Shown here: positions 10,099 through 18,262 of the stretch, one piece after another
Numbering within the stretch: the stretch's first letter is position 1
Layout of the letters: each line of letters starts with the position of its first letter
From: Nitrososphaeria archaeon
Lineage (GTDB): Archaea > Thermoproteota > Nitrososphaeria > Nitrososphaerales > JANXEG01
Assembly: GCA_029775915.1 (NCBI GenBank)
Contig: JARVKA010000001.1
Span: forward strand, 28,781 to 92,780
DNA: 64,000 bases
Direction of reading: 5' to 3'
Notes under the pieces: generated by a model
Databases searched by the model: none
The model's input: the letters and a program-made list of their open reading frames with translations, nothing else
Told to the model about the DNA's origin: nothing
Program-made: the position numbers and the translations under genes

Positions 10099-11472
10099 AT
10101 GAAAAGTACCGATTTAGCTTCAAGCCTTAGTGAGTATGCTATTTCAATAAGCCCTAAAAACCTTTCAAATGAAGTAATTCAAGAAGCTAAGCGAAAATTT
10201 ATAGATACGATAGGATGCGCAATTGGTGCTTTTGATGCTAAACCTGTTAAAATCTCTAAAAAAGTAGCTGAGCGTGTGAGTAGCAATTATTCTGCAACGA
10301 TATTTGGGACTAATATTAAAACCTCTGTTGATTTAGCTACATTCGTAAATGGTGCTATGATACGTTACTTAGATTACAATGATACTTATTTATCTAAAGA
10401 TCCTGGACATCCAAGTGATAACTTATCAGCTGTAATAGCAGTAGGGGAAGCTGAAGAATCTACAGGTTTAGATATAATTACTGCAGCTGTTGTAGCTTAT
10501 GAAATACAATGTAGGCTTTGTGATGCTCTTGCTATAAGAGTTAAAGGTTGGGATCATGTAACTTATGGTGGTGTTTCGAGTAGCTTAGCTGTTGCAAAAC
10601 TTATGGGTTTATCAATAGAGAAAACTGCTCATGCTCTCAGTTTATCCCTCATAGCGAGTATAGCTATGAGACAAACTAGAAGTGGGCAAATATCTATGTG
10701 GAAAGCATGTGCTTTCTCCAATGCTGCAAGGAATGCAGTATTCGCTTGTATGCTTGCGAAAGAAGGTATGACTGGACCAGCACCAATATTCGAGGGTGAA
10801 GAAGGTTTCTTTAAACTTGTATCAGGACCTATAAGTATGAATATTGAGGAGTTTGGAGGTAGAGGTGGAAAGTTTAAAATTCTTGAAACATCCATTAAAT
10901 ATTACCCATCAGAGTATCATTCCCAAAGTGCTGTTGAGGCAGCTATAGAGCTTCATAAAATGCTTAAAGGAAGGTTTGAAGAGATAGATGAAGTTTTAAT
11001 TGAGACTTTTGAAGCTTCTTATAAAATAATAGGTAGTGGGAAAGAGAAATGGGAGCCTAAAAGTAGGGAGACAGCAGATCATAGCTTACCTTATTGTGTA
11101 TCTGTAGCTTTAATGGATGGAACGCTTAATTTAGATTCTTTCAAAGAAGAAAAGCTTAGAGATCCTAAACTCTTATCATTTATGAAGAAAGTAAAGGTTA
11201 TAGAAAATCCTGAACTTACAAAACTTTATCCAGAAGCGGTACCGAATACGATTAAGATAAAAAAGAAGAATGGAGATATTTTAGAGAAAACGATTATATA
11301 TCCAAAGGGTTATTGGAAGAATCCTATGAATGATGAGGAGATTGAGAATAAGTTTAAAAGCTTAGCTCAAAGAGTATATTCACAAGATAGAATTAATGAA
11401 ATTCTTAAGGTATTATGGAGACTCGATAAGTTAACTAATATAAAGGAGCTTATGGAAGTGTTAAAGCTTTAA
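10099..11472 (+). CDS. MmgE/PrpD family protein, paralogue 2
   Basis: 457 aa. IQEAKRKFIDTIGCAIGAF and GWDHVTYGGVSSSLAVAKL blocks. It is clearly divergent from the 6785-8149 copy and is transcribed divergently from etfBA. Confidence 0.8.
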   Translation: MKSTDLASSLSEYAISISPKNLSNEVIQEAKRKFIDTIGCAIGAFDAKPVKISKKVAERVSSNYSATIFGTNIKTSVDLATFVNGAMIRYLDYNDTYLSKDPGHPSDNLSAVIAVGEAEESTGLDIITAAVVAYEIQCRLCDALAIRVKGWDHVTYGGVSSSLAVAKLMGLSIEKTAHALSLSLIASIAMRQTRSGQISMWKACAFSNAARNAVFACMLAKEGMTGPAPIFEGEEGFFKLVSGPISMNIEEFGGRGGKFKILETSIKYYPSEYHSQSAVEAAIELHKMLKGRFEEIDEVLIETFEASYKIIGSGKEKWEPKSRETADHSLPYCVSVALMDGTLNLDSFKEEKLRDPKLLSFMKKVKVIENPELTKLYPEAVPNTIKIKKKNGDILEKTIIYPKGYWKNPMNDEEIENKFKSLAQRVYSQDRINEILKVLWRLDKLTNIKELMEVLKL

Positions 11473-11516
11473 TCTTTATAAATTAAAAATTGTAATATCG
11501 GTTGAATAATCATCGG

Positions 11517-13076
11517 CTAAATAGCACTCAATACTAACTCTGAAACATCGATTAACTCAATATTGGCATTTATCATTTTGATAGCATCATCTAGCATAAT
11601 GAAGCAAAATGGGCATGCAGTTAATATACTCTCAGCTCCAATCTCTAAAGCCTCTTTTACACGAAACTCTCCCAATCTAGGCGCTGCCACTTTTACCCAC
11701 ATTAAACCTCCACCACCTTCACAACATAAACTCATTCTTTTTGATCTAGGCATTTCTTCAAATTTAATACCTGGTATATTTTCAATAATTTTTCTAGGAG
11801 CATCGTATATTCCATTAATTTTTCCCAAATAACAAGGATCGTGATAAGTAACCTTTTTCTCAATCTTTTTTGAAAATTTAAGTTTATCTTTATCGATTAA
11901 TTCAGCGATGTATTGTGTGTAATGTTGAACTTCAAAACTTATTTTACCATATCTATTTTTAAAGGCATTAAAGCAATGTGGACTTGATGTTATTAATCGC
12001 GTTATATTATATTTATTAAAAAGCTCAAGATTTTTCTCCTTTAACATTTCAAATAAGCCTTTTTCACCCAAGTTATAAATTTCATTACCACAACAAACTT
12101 CCTCATCTCCTAATATTCCAAAATCCACATTTGTATTTTGTAAAATTCTTGTTAATGCTTTAGCAATTCGTTGAGCACGATTTTCATAAGCTGGCGTGCA
12201 TCCAACAAAGTATAATAAATCTGCTTTTTCACCTAATGTAAGATTTTTTATCTCTAAACCTTTCATCCAAGCGGTTCTATCCCACTTACTACCTCCCCAT
12301 GGATTACCATTTAAGTATGTACTCTCCAATGCTTCTCTAATTGTATCTTGAATCATACCTCTCTCAACTATTAAAGAGCGTGTCTCGATTATGGAATCGA
12401 GGGTATTTACTTCTTTTGGACAGTTTAACTTACAAGTCGAGCAAGTTGTACAATTCCAACAACCATCAATTGATGAGTCTATAATTGGTAATCTTTCATC
12501 AATCCCTTCATCTCTAGAATCACTAATATACCGATAAACTTTGGTTAAAACCTCAGGGCCTAAAAATCGCTCATTTTTAATCATTAAGGGGCAAGATGCA
12601 TAGCATGCACCACATTTAATACACATTGCATACAATAAAAGCCTCTTTAATTGATTCTTTTCTTGTAAATATTCAACCTTAGGATGTATTTGCTCATCAA
12701 AATCCCTTCTTATTAAATAAGTCTTAACCCTTTTATGCTTATTAAAGAATTGAGTAAAGTCTACAATAAGATCTTTTATTAATGGAAAATTTGGCAAAGG
12801 TTTTAACTCTATTACTCCATCATCAATATCACTTATTTGTGTCTCACATGCAAGTTTAGGTATACCGTTAATAAGCATAGCACAAGAGCCACATAAACCC
12901 ATTCTACAAGAGGATCTATAGGATAATGTGCTATCGAGATTCTCCTTTACATAAAATAGAGCATCTAAAATTGTCATACCTTTAACTATTGGAACTTTGT
13001 ATTCTTTGAAGTAAGGATTCTTATCACTTTCGGGAGAGTATCTTTGAATTTTAAAAATCAAATATCTCTTATTCAT
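11517..13076 (-). CDS. Fumarate reductase/succinate dehydrogenase Fe-S subunit fused to two CCG (HdrD/SdhE-like) domains; TfrB-like
   Basis: 519 aa. It has a 2Fe-2S block CRMGLCGSCAMLING and ferredoxin-type clusters CIKCGACYASCP and CWNCTTCSTCKLNCP. Two CCG modules follow (VGC...EVCCGNE...PHC; DPCY...SLCCEGGGG...ACPFC). Confidence 0.8.
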   Translation of the reverse strand: MNKRYLIFKIQRYSPESDKNPYFKEYKVPIVKGMTILDALFYVKENLDSTLSYRSSCRMGLCGSCAMLINGIPKLACETQISDIDDGVIELKPLPNFPLIKDLIVDFTQFFNKHKRVKTYLIRRDFDEQIHPKVEYLQEKNQLKRLLLYAMCIKCGACYASCPLMIKNERFLGPEVLTKVYRYISDSRDEGIDERLPIIDSSIDGCWNCTTCSTCKLNCPKEVNTLDSIIETRSLIVERGMIQDTIREALESTYLNGNPWGGSKWDRTAWMKGLEIKNLTLGEKADLLYFVGCTPAYENRAQRIAKALTRILQNTNVDFGILGDEEVCCGNEIYNLGEKGLFEMLKEKNLELFNKYNITRLITSSPHCFNAFKNRYGKISFEVQHYTQYIAELIDKDKLKFSKKIEKKVTYHDPCYLGKINGIYDAPRKIIENIPGIKFEEMPRSKRMSLCCEGGGGLMWVKVAAPRLGEFRVKEALEIGAESILTACPFCFIMLDDAIKMINANIELIDVSELVLSAI

Positions 13077-13088
13077 TTTAACCCACCA

Positions 13089-14777
13089 TTAATATTTTCT
13101 TATTGTAGGTTTCCATTTTGTAATTCTTACTGGTATGTATTCAAATTTAGGACCATCAACCGTCCAATAAGCGAGTGTATGCTTAAGCCAATTAACATCA
13201 TCACGTTCAGGATAATCAAGTCTATAATGAGCACCTCTCGATTCGGTTCGAAGAAGAGCGCCCATCGCTATTATCTCTGATAATTCTAACATATTTCCCA
13301 ATTCGAGCATTGATATAAAATCGGTATTGTATATCTTTGTTTTATCATCAATTGAAGCATTTTCATAACGCGATTTTAAATCTTTAATTATTCTTATAGC
13401 GATTTTCAAACCATTTTCAATTCTGAAAATATAAACATATTTATCCATAATCTCTCTTAATTTTTTCCTAATATCATAAATACTATCTCCTTGTTCCTTA
13501 CTTATAAGTTTGTATATTCTATCCTCTTCCTTTTTTATAGCCTCTTTAGGTAATTCGAATTCATTAATCGAATTAGCATATTCAGCTGCTTTTGCTCCCG
13601 CTATCTTACCTGAAACTAAACACTCAGCGGTAGAGTTTGTTCCAAGCCTATTAGCGCCATGAATACTTGAGCAAGCAACTTCACCAGCCGCCCATAAACC
13701 ATTCACAGGTGTTGCGTAATTTGAATCAGTATGAACACCGCCCATATTATAATGAGCAGCAGGTTTAACTGGTATAAGTTCATTAACAATGTTAATTCCA
13801 GCAAATTTCTTACAAATCTCATATATAGATGGTAATTTCTCGCGAATCTTATCCTCTCCTAAATGTCTAAGATCTAAATATACACAACCAGATTTACTCT
13901 CCTCAATTTCTTTCATCACAGCTCTTGCTACTATATCTCTTGGAGCTAGTTCCATATACTCGGGCGCATACTTTTTCATAAATCTCTCTCCTCTCTCATT
14001 AATCAAGTATCCACCCTCCCCCCTAGCTGCTTCACTTATCAAAATACCTGATGGAACAAGAGCAGTTGGGTGGAATTGAATAAACTCAAAATCCTTTATT
14101 GGCAATCCCGCTTTATACGCCATAACTTGACCATCACCAGTAGTGGTATGAGAGAAGGTTGTAAAATTATAACATCTAGCTCCTCCTCCAGTAGCTAACA
14201 CACCAGCTTTAGCTTTAATTGCGAATAAATTTCCAGACTTTAATTCTATCGCAGTTAAACCTTTGAATACATTATTATCAATTATTAATGATGTGACATA
14301 GCACTCATGATATATCGTTACATTATCAAATCTTTGAAGCGTATCATAAAGAGTTTGCATCTCATAAAGGCCTGTTCTATCTTGAGCGTAACAAGCTCTT
14401 GGGAAGCTATGACCTCCAAAAGGTCTTTGAGAGATTTTACCATCTTCTCTTCTACTCCAAAGAATACCCAAATGATCGAGTAATAGTATTTCTTTAGGCA
14501 TTAATTTAACGAATAATTCAACAGAGTCTTGATCTGCTAAAAAATCACTCCCTTTGATTGTATCCCATGCATGGAGTTCGAAACTATCACCTTCCTCAAT
14601 TCTTAAAACAGCAGCAGTTCCGCCTTCTGCACATACTGAGTGAGAACGCATCACATGAGTTTTTGATATTAATGCAATATCTAACTTACCATTTGTGTTA
14701 AAAGATGCTTCAAGTGCAGCCCTTAATCCAGCTATACCAGATCCGATAATAACAATATCATGTGATAAAATCTCCAT
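13089..14777 (-). CDS. sdhA: Fumarate reductase/succinate dehydrogenase flavoprotein subunit (TfrA/SdhA-like)
   Basis: 562 aa. Motifs DIVIIGSGIAGLRAALEA, RSHSVCAEGG, FHPT, ARGEGG, HYNMGG, SIHGANRLGTNS and ESRGAHYR. It lies 12 nt upstream of the Fe-S/CCG subunit. Confidence 0.9.
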   Translation of the reverse strand: MEILSHDIVIIGSGIAGLRAALEASFNTNGKLDIALISKTHVMRSHSVCAEGGTAAVLRIEEGDSFELHAWDTIKGSDFLADQDSVELFVKLMPKEILLLDHLGILWSRREDGKISQRPFGGHSFPRACYAQDRTGLYEMQTLYDTLQRFDNVTIYHECYVTSLIIDNNVFKGLTAIELKSGNLFAIKAKAGVLATGGGARCYNFTTFSHTTTGDGQVMAYKAGLPIKDFEFIQFHPTALVPSGILISEAARGEGGYLINERGERFMKKYAPEYMELAPRDIVARAVMKEIEESKSGCVYLDLRHLGEDKIREKLPSIYEICKKFAGINIVNELIPVKPAAHYNMGGVHTDSNYATPVNGLWAAGEVACSSIHGANRLGTNSTAECLVSGKIAGAKAAEYANSINEFELPKEAIKKEEDRIYKLISKEQGDSIYDIRKKLREIMDKYVYIFRIENGLKIAIRIIKDLKSRYENASIDDKTKIYNTDFISMLELGNMLELSEIIAMGALLRTESRGAHYRLDYPERDDVNWLKHTLAYWTVDGPKFEYIPVRITKWKPTIRKY

Positions 14778-14866
14778 TGTAAAATTATTGTTTAAAAAGT
14801 TTGTATTAAGATTTACTTAAAACAAATTTCCATGATTTCAAAATTAGTTATTAGCATGCATCATAC

Positions 14867-15256
14867 TTAAGATTGACTTTCCTCAACTTTAAAGCATAAT
14901 AACTTTTCACCCTTATATTCCATATAATCAACTATTAAATCCAAGCCTATCTTTACCTCATCGAGTTTACTTTTAATTATAGCTGTAATACTTGATCCTT
15001 CAATTAATTTTACAATACCCACTATATATGGAGCTAAATCTTTGAATTTAGCTGGTGGTACATGAATGATAGTGTATGTCTCAAGTTTACCTTTACCACT
15101 AAATTGAAACCATTCCCAATCCTTTGAACCACATGCTTGACAAATGGGCCTTGGAGGTAGATTAATATAGCCACATTTCAAGCATTTTGTTCCCATTAAC
15201 TTTCCTTCTTTAATAAATTCGTAAAATGATTGTATACTTGCATCTCTCTCTTGCAT
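14867..15256 (-). CDS. DUF35 Zn-ribbon/OB-fold protein (thiolase-associated scaffold)
   Basis: 129 aa. Zn ribbon CLKCGYINLPPRPICQACGS followed by an OB-fold-sized C-terminus. It begins 3 nt after the thiolase stop. Confidence 0.8.
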   Translation of the reverse strand: MQERDASIQSFYEFIKEGKLMGTKCLKCGYINLPPRPICQACGSKDWEWFQFSGKGKLETYTIIHVPPAKFKDLAPYIVGIVKLIEGSSITAIIKSKLDEVKIGLDLIVDYMEYKGEKLLCFKVEESQS

Positions 15257-15259
15257 AAT

Positions 15260-16444
15260 TCAACTCACCCTCTTAAGTATATGTATAGTACAAGTACCCC
15301 CTGATCCACCAACGTTATGCGCCAAACCAATTTCTGCTTTTACTTGATTAATAGCCTCTCCTCTCAATTGCTTAACAATTTCATAAATCATCGCTACACC
15401 TGTAGCACCAACTGGATGGCCTTTAGCTTTTAATCCCCCATCTGTATTCACAGGTATTCTTCCTCCAATCTCAGTTTCACCTTCATCTATCAATTTCCCA
15501 CCTTCTCCAGGTTTACAAAAACCAAGATCTTCATAAGCTATTAGCTCAGCTATGGTGAAGCAATCGTGAACTTCAGCAATATCTATATCTTTAGACTCAA
15601 TTTTTGCCATTTTATATGCTTCTTGAGCTGCTACTCTCGCTGATCTCAAACTCACATAACTTTCACGATTATGTAAAGCTATTGTATCACTAGCTTGAGT
15701 TGATGCAATGATATGAATTATCGTATCTGTGAATCTTCTTGCTAAATCTGCTTTACATAGTATTGCAGCTGAAGCACCATCTGAGAATGGACAACAATCG
15801 TATAAATTTAAGGGGTATGCAATCATTCTTGCATTCATAGCCTCTTCTAAAGTTATCTCTTTTTGAAAATGAGCTAATGGATTCTTAGCCGCATTTTTAT
15901 GATTCTTAACCGCTATTTTTGATAAATGCTCCTTTTTAGTCCCATATTTATGCATATGCGCTGTTGCCATTAATGCGTAAAGGCCTGGGAATGTTAAGCC
16001 TTGAGCTTGCTCATAAGCCTCATCAGAAGCTAATGCTAAACCCTCTGTTGCATACGCAGTATCAGATAATTTTCTAGGCCCACTATACATCTTCTCAACC
16101 CCTCCAACTAATACAATATCGTAAAGCCCTGAAGCTATAGCTAAAACTCCACATCTTAATGCAGCACCGGATGAGGCACAAGCATTTTCAACTCTAACCG
16201 CTGAAGTAGGACAAATACTTAACCAATCTGCACAAATTGAGCCAAGATGGCCTTGATGTTCCCACCACTCAGAAGAAAAGCATCCAATAAAAGCTGCTTG
16301 GATATCTTTTAATGATATTTTTGCATCTTCTATAGCCTTAATTGCAGCCTCAACCCATAACTCTCTAATAGTTTTATTTTCATGCCTACCAAATTTTGTC
16401 ATGCCTACACCAATTACCGCTACATTTAACATAGTAAGCACCAA
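15260..16444 (-). CDS. Archaeal-type thiolase (acetyl-CoA acetyltransferase family)
   Basis: 394 aa. Nucleophile block VENACASSGAAL, plus GHPVGATG and a C-terminal NVGGSGGTC. Confidence 0.85.
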   Translation of the reverse strand: MVLTMLNVAVIGVGMTKFGRHENKTIRELWVEAAIKAIEDAKISLKDIQAAFIGCFSSEWWEHQGHLGSICADWLSICPTSAVRVENACASSGAALRCGVLAIASGLYDIVLVGGVEKMYSGPRKLSDTAYATEGLALASDEAYEQAQGLTFPGLYALMATAHMHKYGTKKEHLSKIAVKNHKNAAKNPLAHFQKEITLEEAMNARMIAYPLNLYDCCPFSDGASAAILCKADLARRFTDTIIHIIASTQASDTIALHNRESYVSLRSARVAAQEAYKMAKIESKDIDIAEVHDCFTIAELIAYEDLGFCKPGEGGKLIDEGETEIGGRIPVNTDGGLKAKGHPVGATGVAMIYEIVKQLRGEAINQVKAEIGLAHNVGGSGGTCTIHILKRVS

Positions 16445-16662
16445 ACTCTTTCTTTCTACATAAGAGCTATTAAAAAGTTTTTAGTATAAGTTGTAATCAA
16501 GCTTGGATAATAATTTGAAATTGTGAATCCCAATTTTCAAATACAATCATAGTATTAAATAGTTCTCTCTTAAAATCCTAAATATTTATAGTCTTTTTAC
16601 AAATGGTAAATCCACTAATTATATTCTCGCCATCCTTAATTTTTAATATACTCTTTATCGAG

Positions 16663-17781
16663 CTACACTCTTCCTTCCAATTCTTTTTTAATTTGAATCG
16701 CATATAAAATATCACTGCGAGTGATTATACCAATAAGTTTACCATCCTCTTGAACTGGAAGGCGTCCAATGTTAAATTTTGACATTTTCATAAGAGCATC
16801 TACTGCACTTTCATTAGGCTTTGCACATACAAGTTTTTCACATGTTGTCATCACATCACTCACTTTAGTTTCTTGCCACTTTTCTTTAGGAATCTTCTTA
16901 ATATCCTCAAGTGTGATAATACCAAGTAGTTTAGAATCTTTTACCACTGGGAAGCCTCCATGTTTATATTTCATAAAGTGTGTTTCTAAAATATCTTTAA
17001 TTAATAAATCAGGATCAACGGTGTGAACTTCTCGAGTCATTATATCTTGAATTAAAATATTTGCTAAAGCCTCACTCACAATAGTTTGCTTATAACTCGC
17101 TTCAGCGCCATTTCTTAAGAACCATCCAATTAGAATAAACCACAATCCTCCAATAAAGCTACCTCCAATTATAAAAAAGAAGCCAAAAAAGATAAAAATG
17201 TAAGAGGAGAAAATTCCAATTCTTGTGGCAATTCTTGTCGCTTGTAACAAATCCTTTTTCCGATACCAAATTAATGCTCTTAATATCCTTCCACCATCGA
17301 GAGGAAATGCTGGTAGTAAGTTAAACCCACCTAACAATAAGTTAATATAAGCTCCATATCTCAAAGATGCGATAGCTAAAACTCCAAAAACACTCGCTGA
17401 ATAGTGTAAAATCCATAAGATTAAAGCGATTGTGAAACTAGTGAGAGGACCAGCTAAAGCTAATTTGAACTCAAGACTAGCCTCTTTCGGCTCTTCTTCA
17501 ATCTCTGCTACACCACCGAAGATAAAGAGAACTATGCGCCTCACTGGTAAACCATTCTTCTTAGCTACATAGGAGTGTGCTAATTCATGAAGTAAAACAG
17601 AGGTAAAAAGTATAATAGCACTTATTATGCCAATCAACCAATATGTTATTGAGGATAAACCTGGATATTCTAATGGCAAATAACCTACAGCAAGAGTCCA
17701 TGCGATAAGTAGTACAGCAAGAGCTAATGTAAAGTGAAGCTTAATTGGAATTCCTAAAAACTTTCCAATTCTTAAAGACAA
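16663..17781 (-). CDS. M50 site-2 metalloprotease with C-terminal CBS pair
   Basis: 372 aa. HExxH (LLHELAHSYV), NLLPAFPLDGGR, several TM helices and two CBS repeats at the C-terminus. Confidence 0.85.
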   Translation of the reverse strand: MSLRIGKFLGIPIKLHFTLALAVLLIAWTLAVGYLPLEYPGLSSITYWLIGIISAIILFTSVLLHELAHSYVAKKNGLPVRRIVLFIFGGVAEIEEEPKEASLEFKLALAGPLTSFTIALILWILHYSASVFGVLAIASLRYGAYINLLLGGFNLLPAFPLDGGRILRALIWYRKKDLLQATRIATRIGIFSSYIFIFFGFFFIIGGSFIGGLWFILIGWFLRNGAEASYKQTIVSEALANILIQDIMTREVHTVDPDLLIKDILETHFMKYKHGGFPVVKDSKLLGIITLEDIKKIPKEKWQETKVSDVMTTCEKLVCAKPNESAVDALMKMSKFNIGRLPVQEDGKLIGIITRSDILYAIQIKKELEGRV

Positions 17782-18056
17782 TAAACTCTCCTATTTAAAA
17801 TTTCCATTAATCTCATACTTAAATATTGAGTTTTAATTAATATTCAAAAATTACATCGCTTTTGATTTTATTTTTAGTGAAACTATACATGTTGAGATTT
17901 ATACAATTTCTAAATCTGATACAGATTTTAAAGTATGCTTTTACATGCTTTATTCCTAAAACAATATTATAGAGTTGATAAAGATTTAGTTAAAGAAGCT
18001 CATAAATTTGGCTTAAATGTTTCTAAAATTTGTGGAAAATGCTAAAAATTAAAGAG

Positions 18057-18157
18057 CGGGCCCGGTGGGATTTGAACCCACGACCACCGGCTTAGAGGGC
18101 CGGTGCTTTAGACTGAATATAAAGCTATTGAAACTGTCCATACTGAGCTACGGGCCC
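18057..18157 (-). tRNA. tRNA, anticodon UCU (Arg), with a ~26-nt non-canonical intron in the D-arm
   Basis: The reverse strand reads GGGCCCG-UA-GCUC-AGUAUGGACA-G[UUUCAAUAGCUUUAUAUUCAGUCUAA]AGC-A-CCGGC-CCUCUAA-GCCGG-UGGUC-GUGGG-UUCAAAU-CCCAC-CGGGCCC-G. It is 75 nt once the insert is removed. G18G19 and A20 are present. Exact splice points are ambiguous by 1-2 nt. Confidence 0.8.
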
Positions 18158-18226
18158 ATTTTATTATTTCATAATACTTCAATAAAAAGATATATCATTA
18201 AGGATTGAGAAATGTAAAGAATCTTT

Positions 18227-18252
18227 ATAAATCAAAACCTTTTTTGATTTAT
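18227..18252. promoter_or_regulatory. Perfect 11-bp inverted repeat just upstream of the acyl-CoA ligase start
   Basis: ATAAATCAAAA-cctt-TTTTGATTTAT. It overlaps a TATA-like tttataaat and ends 10 nt before ATG 18263. It could be an operator or a 5' hairpin. Confidence 0.3.
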
Positions 18253-18262
18253 CGATTTACTC

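Noticed and set aside
16513-16542. Inverted repeat ATTTGAAATTG-tgaatcc-CAATTTTCAAAT upstream of the thiolase gene
   Set aside because: It is imperfect (a 1-nt indel between the arms) and nearly pure A/T, so chance occurrence in this genome is plausible. It is noted only because ATTTGAA also occurs in the 4121-4210 element.
18084-18100. Reading the anticodon loop of the 18057-18157 tRNA with U33 so that the anticodon becomes CUA (amber suppressor)
   Set aside because: That register destroys the 5-bp anticodon stem (CCGGC/GCCGG). Only the UCU register gives a proper 5-7-5 stem-loop.
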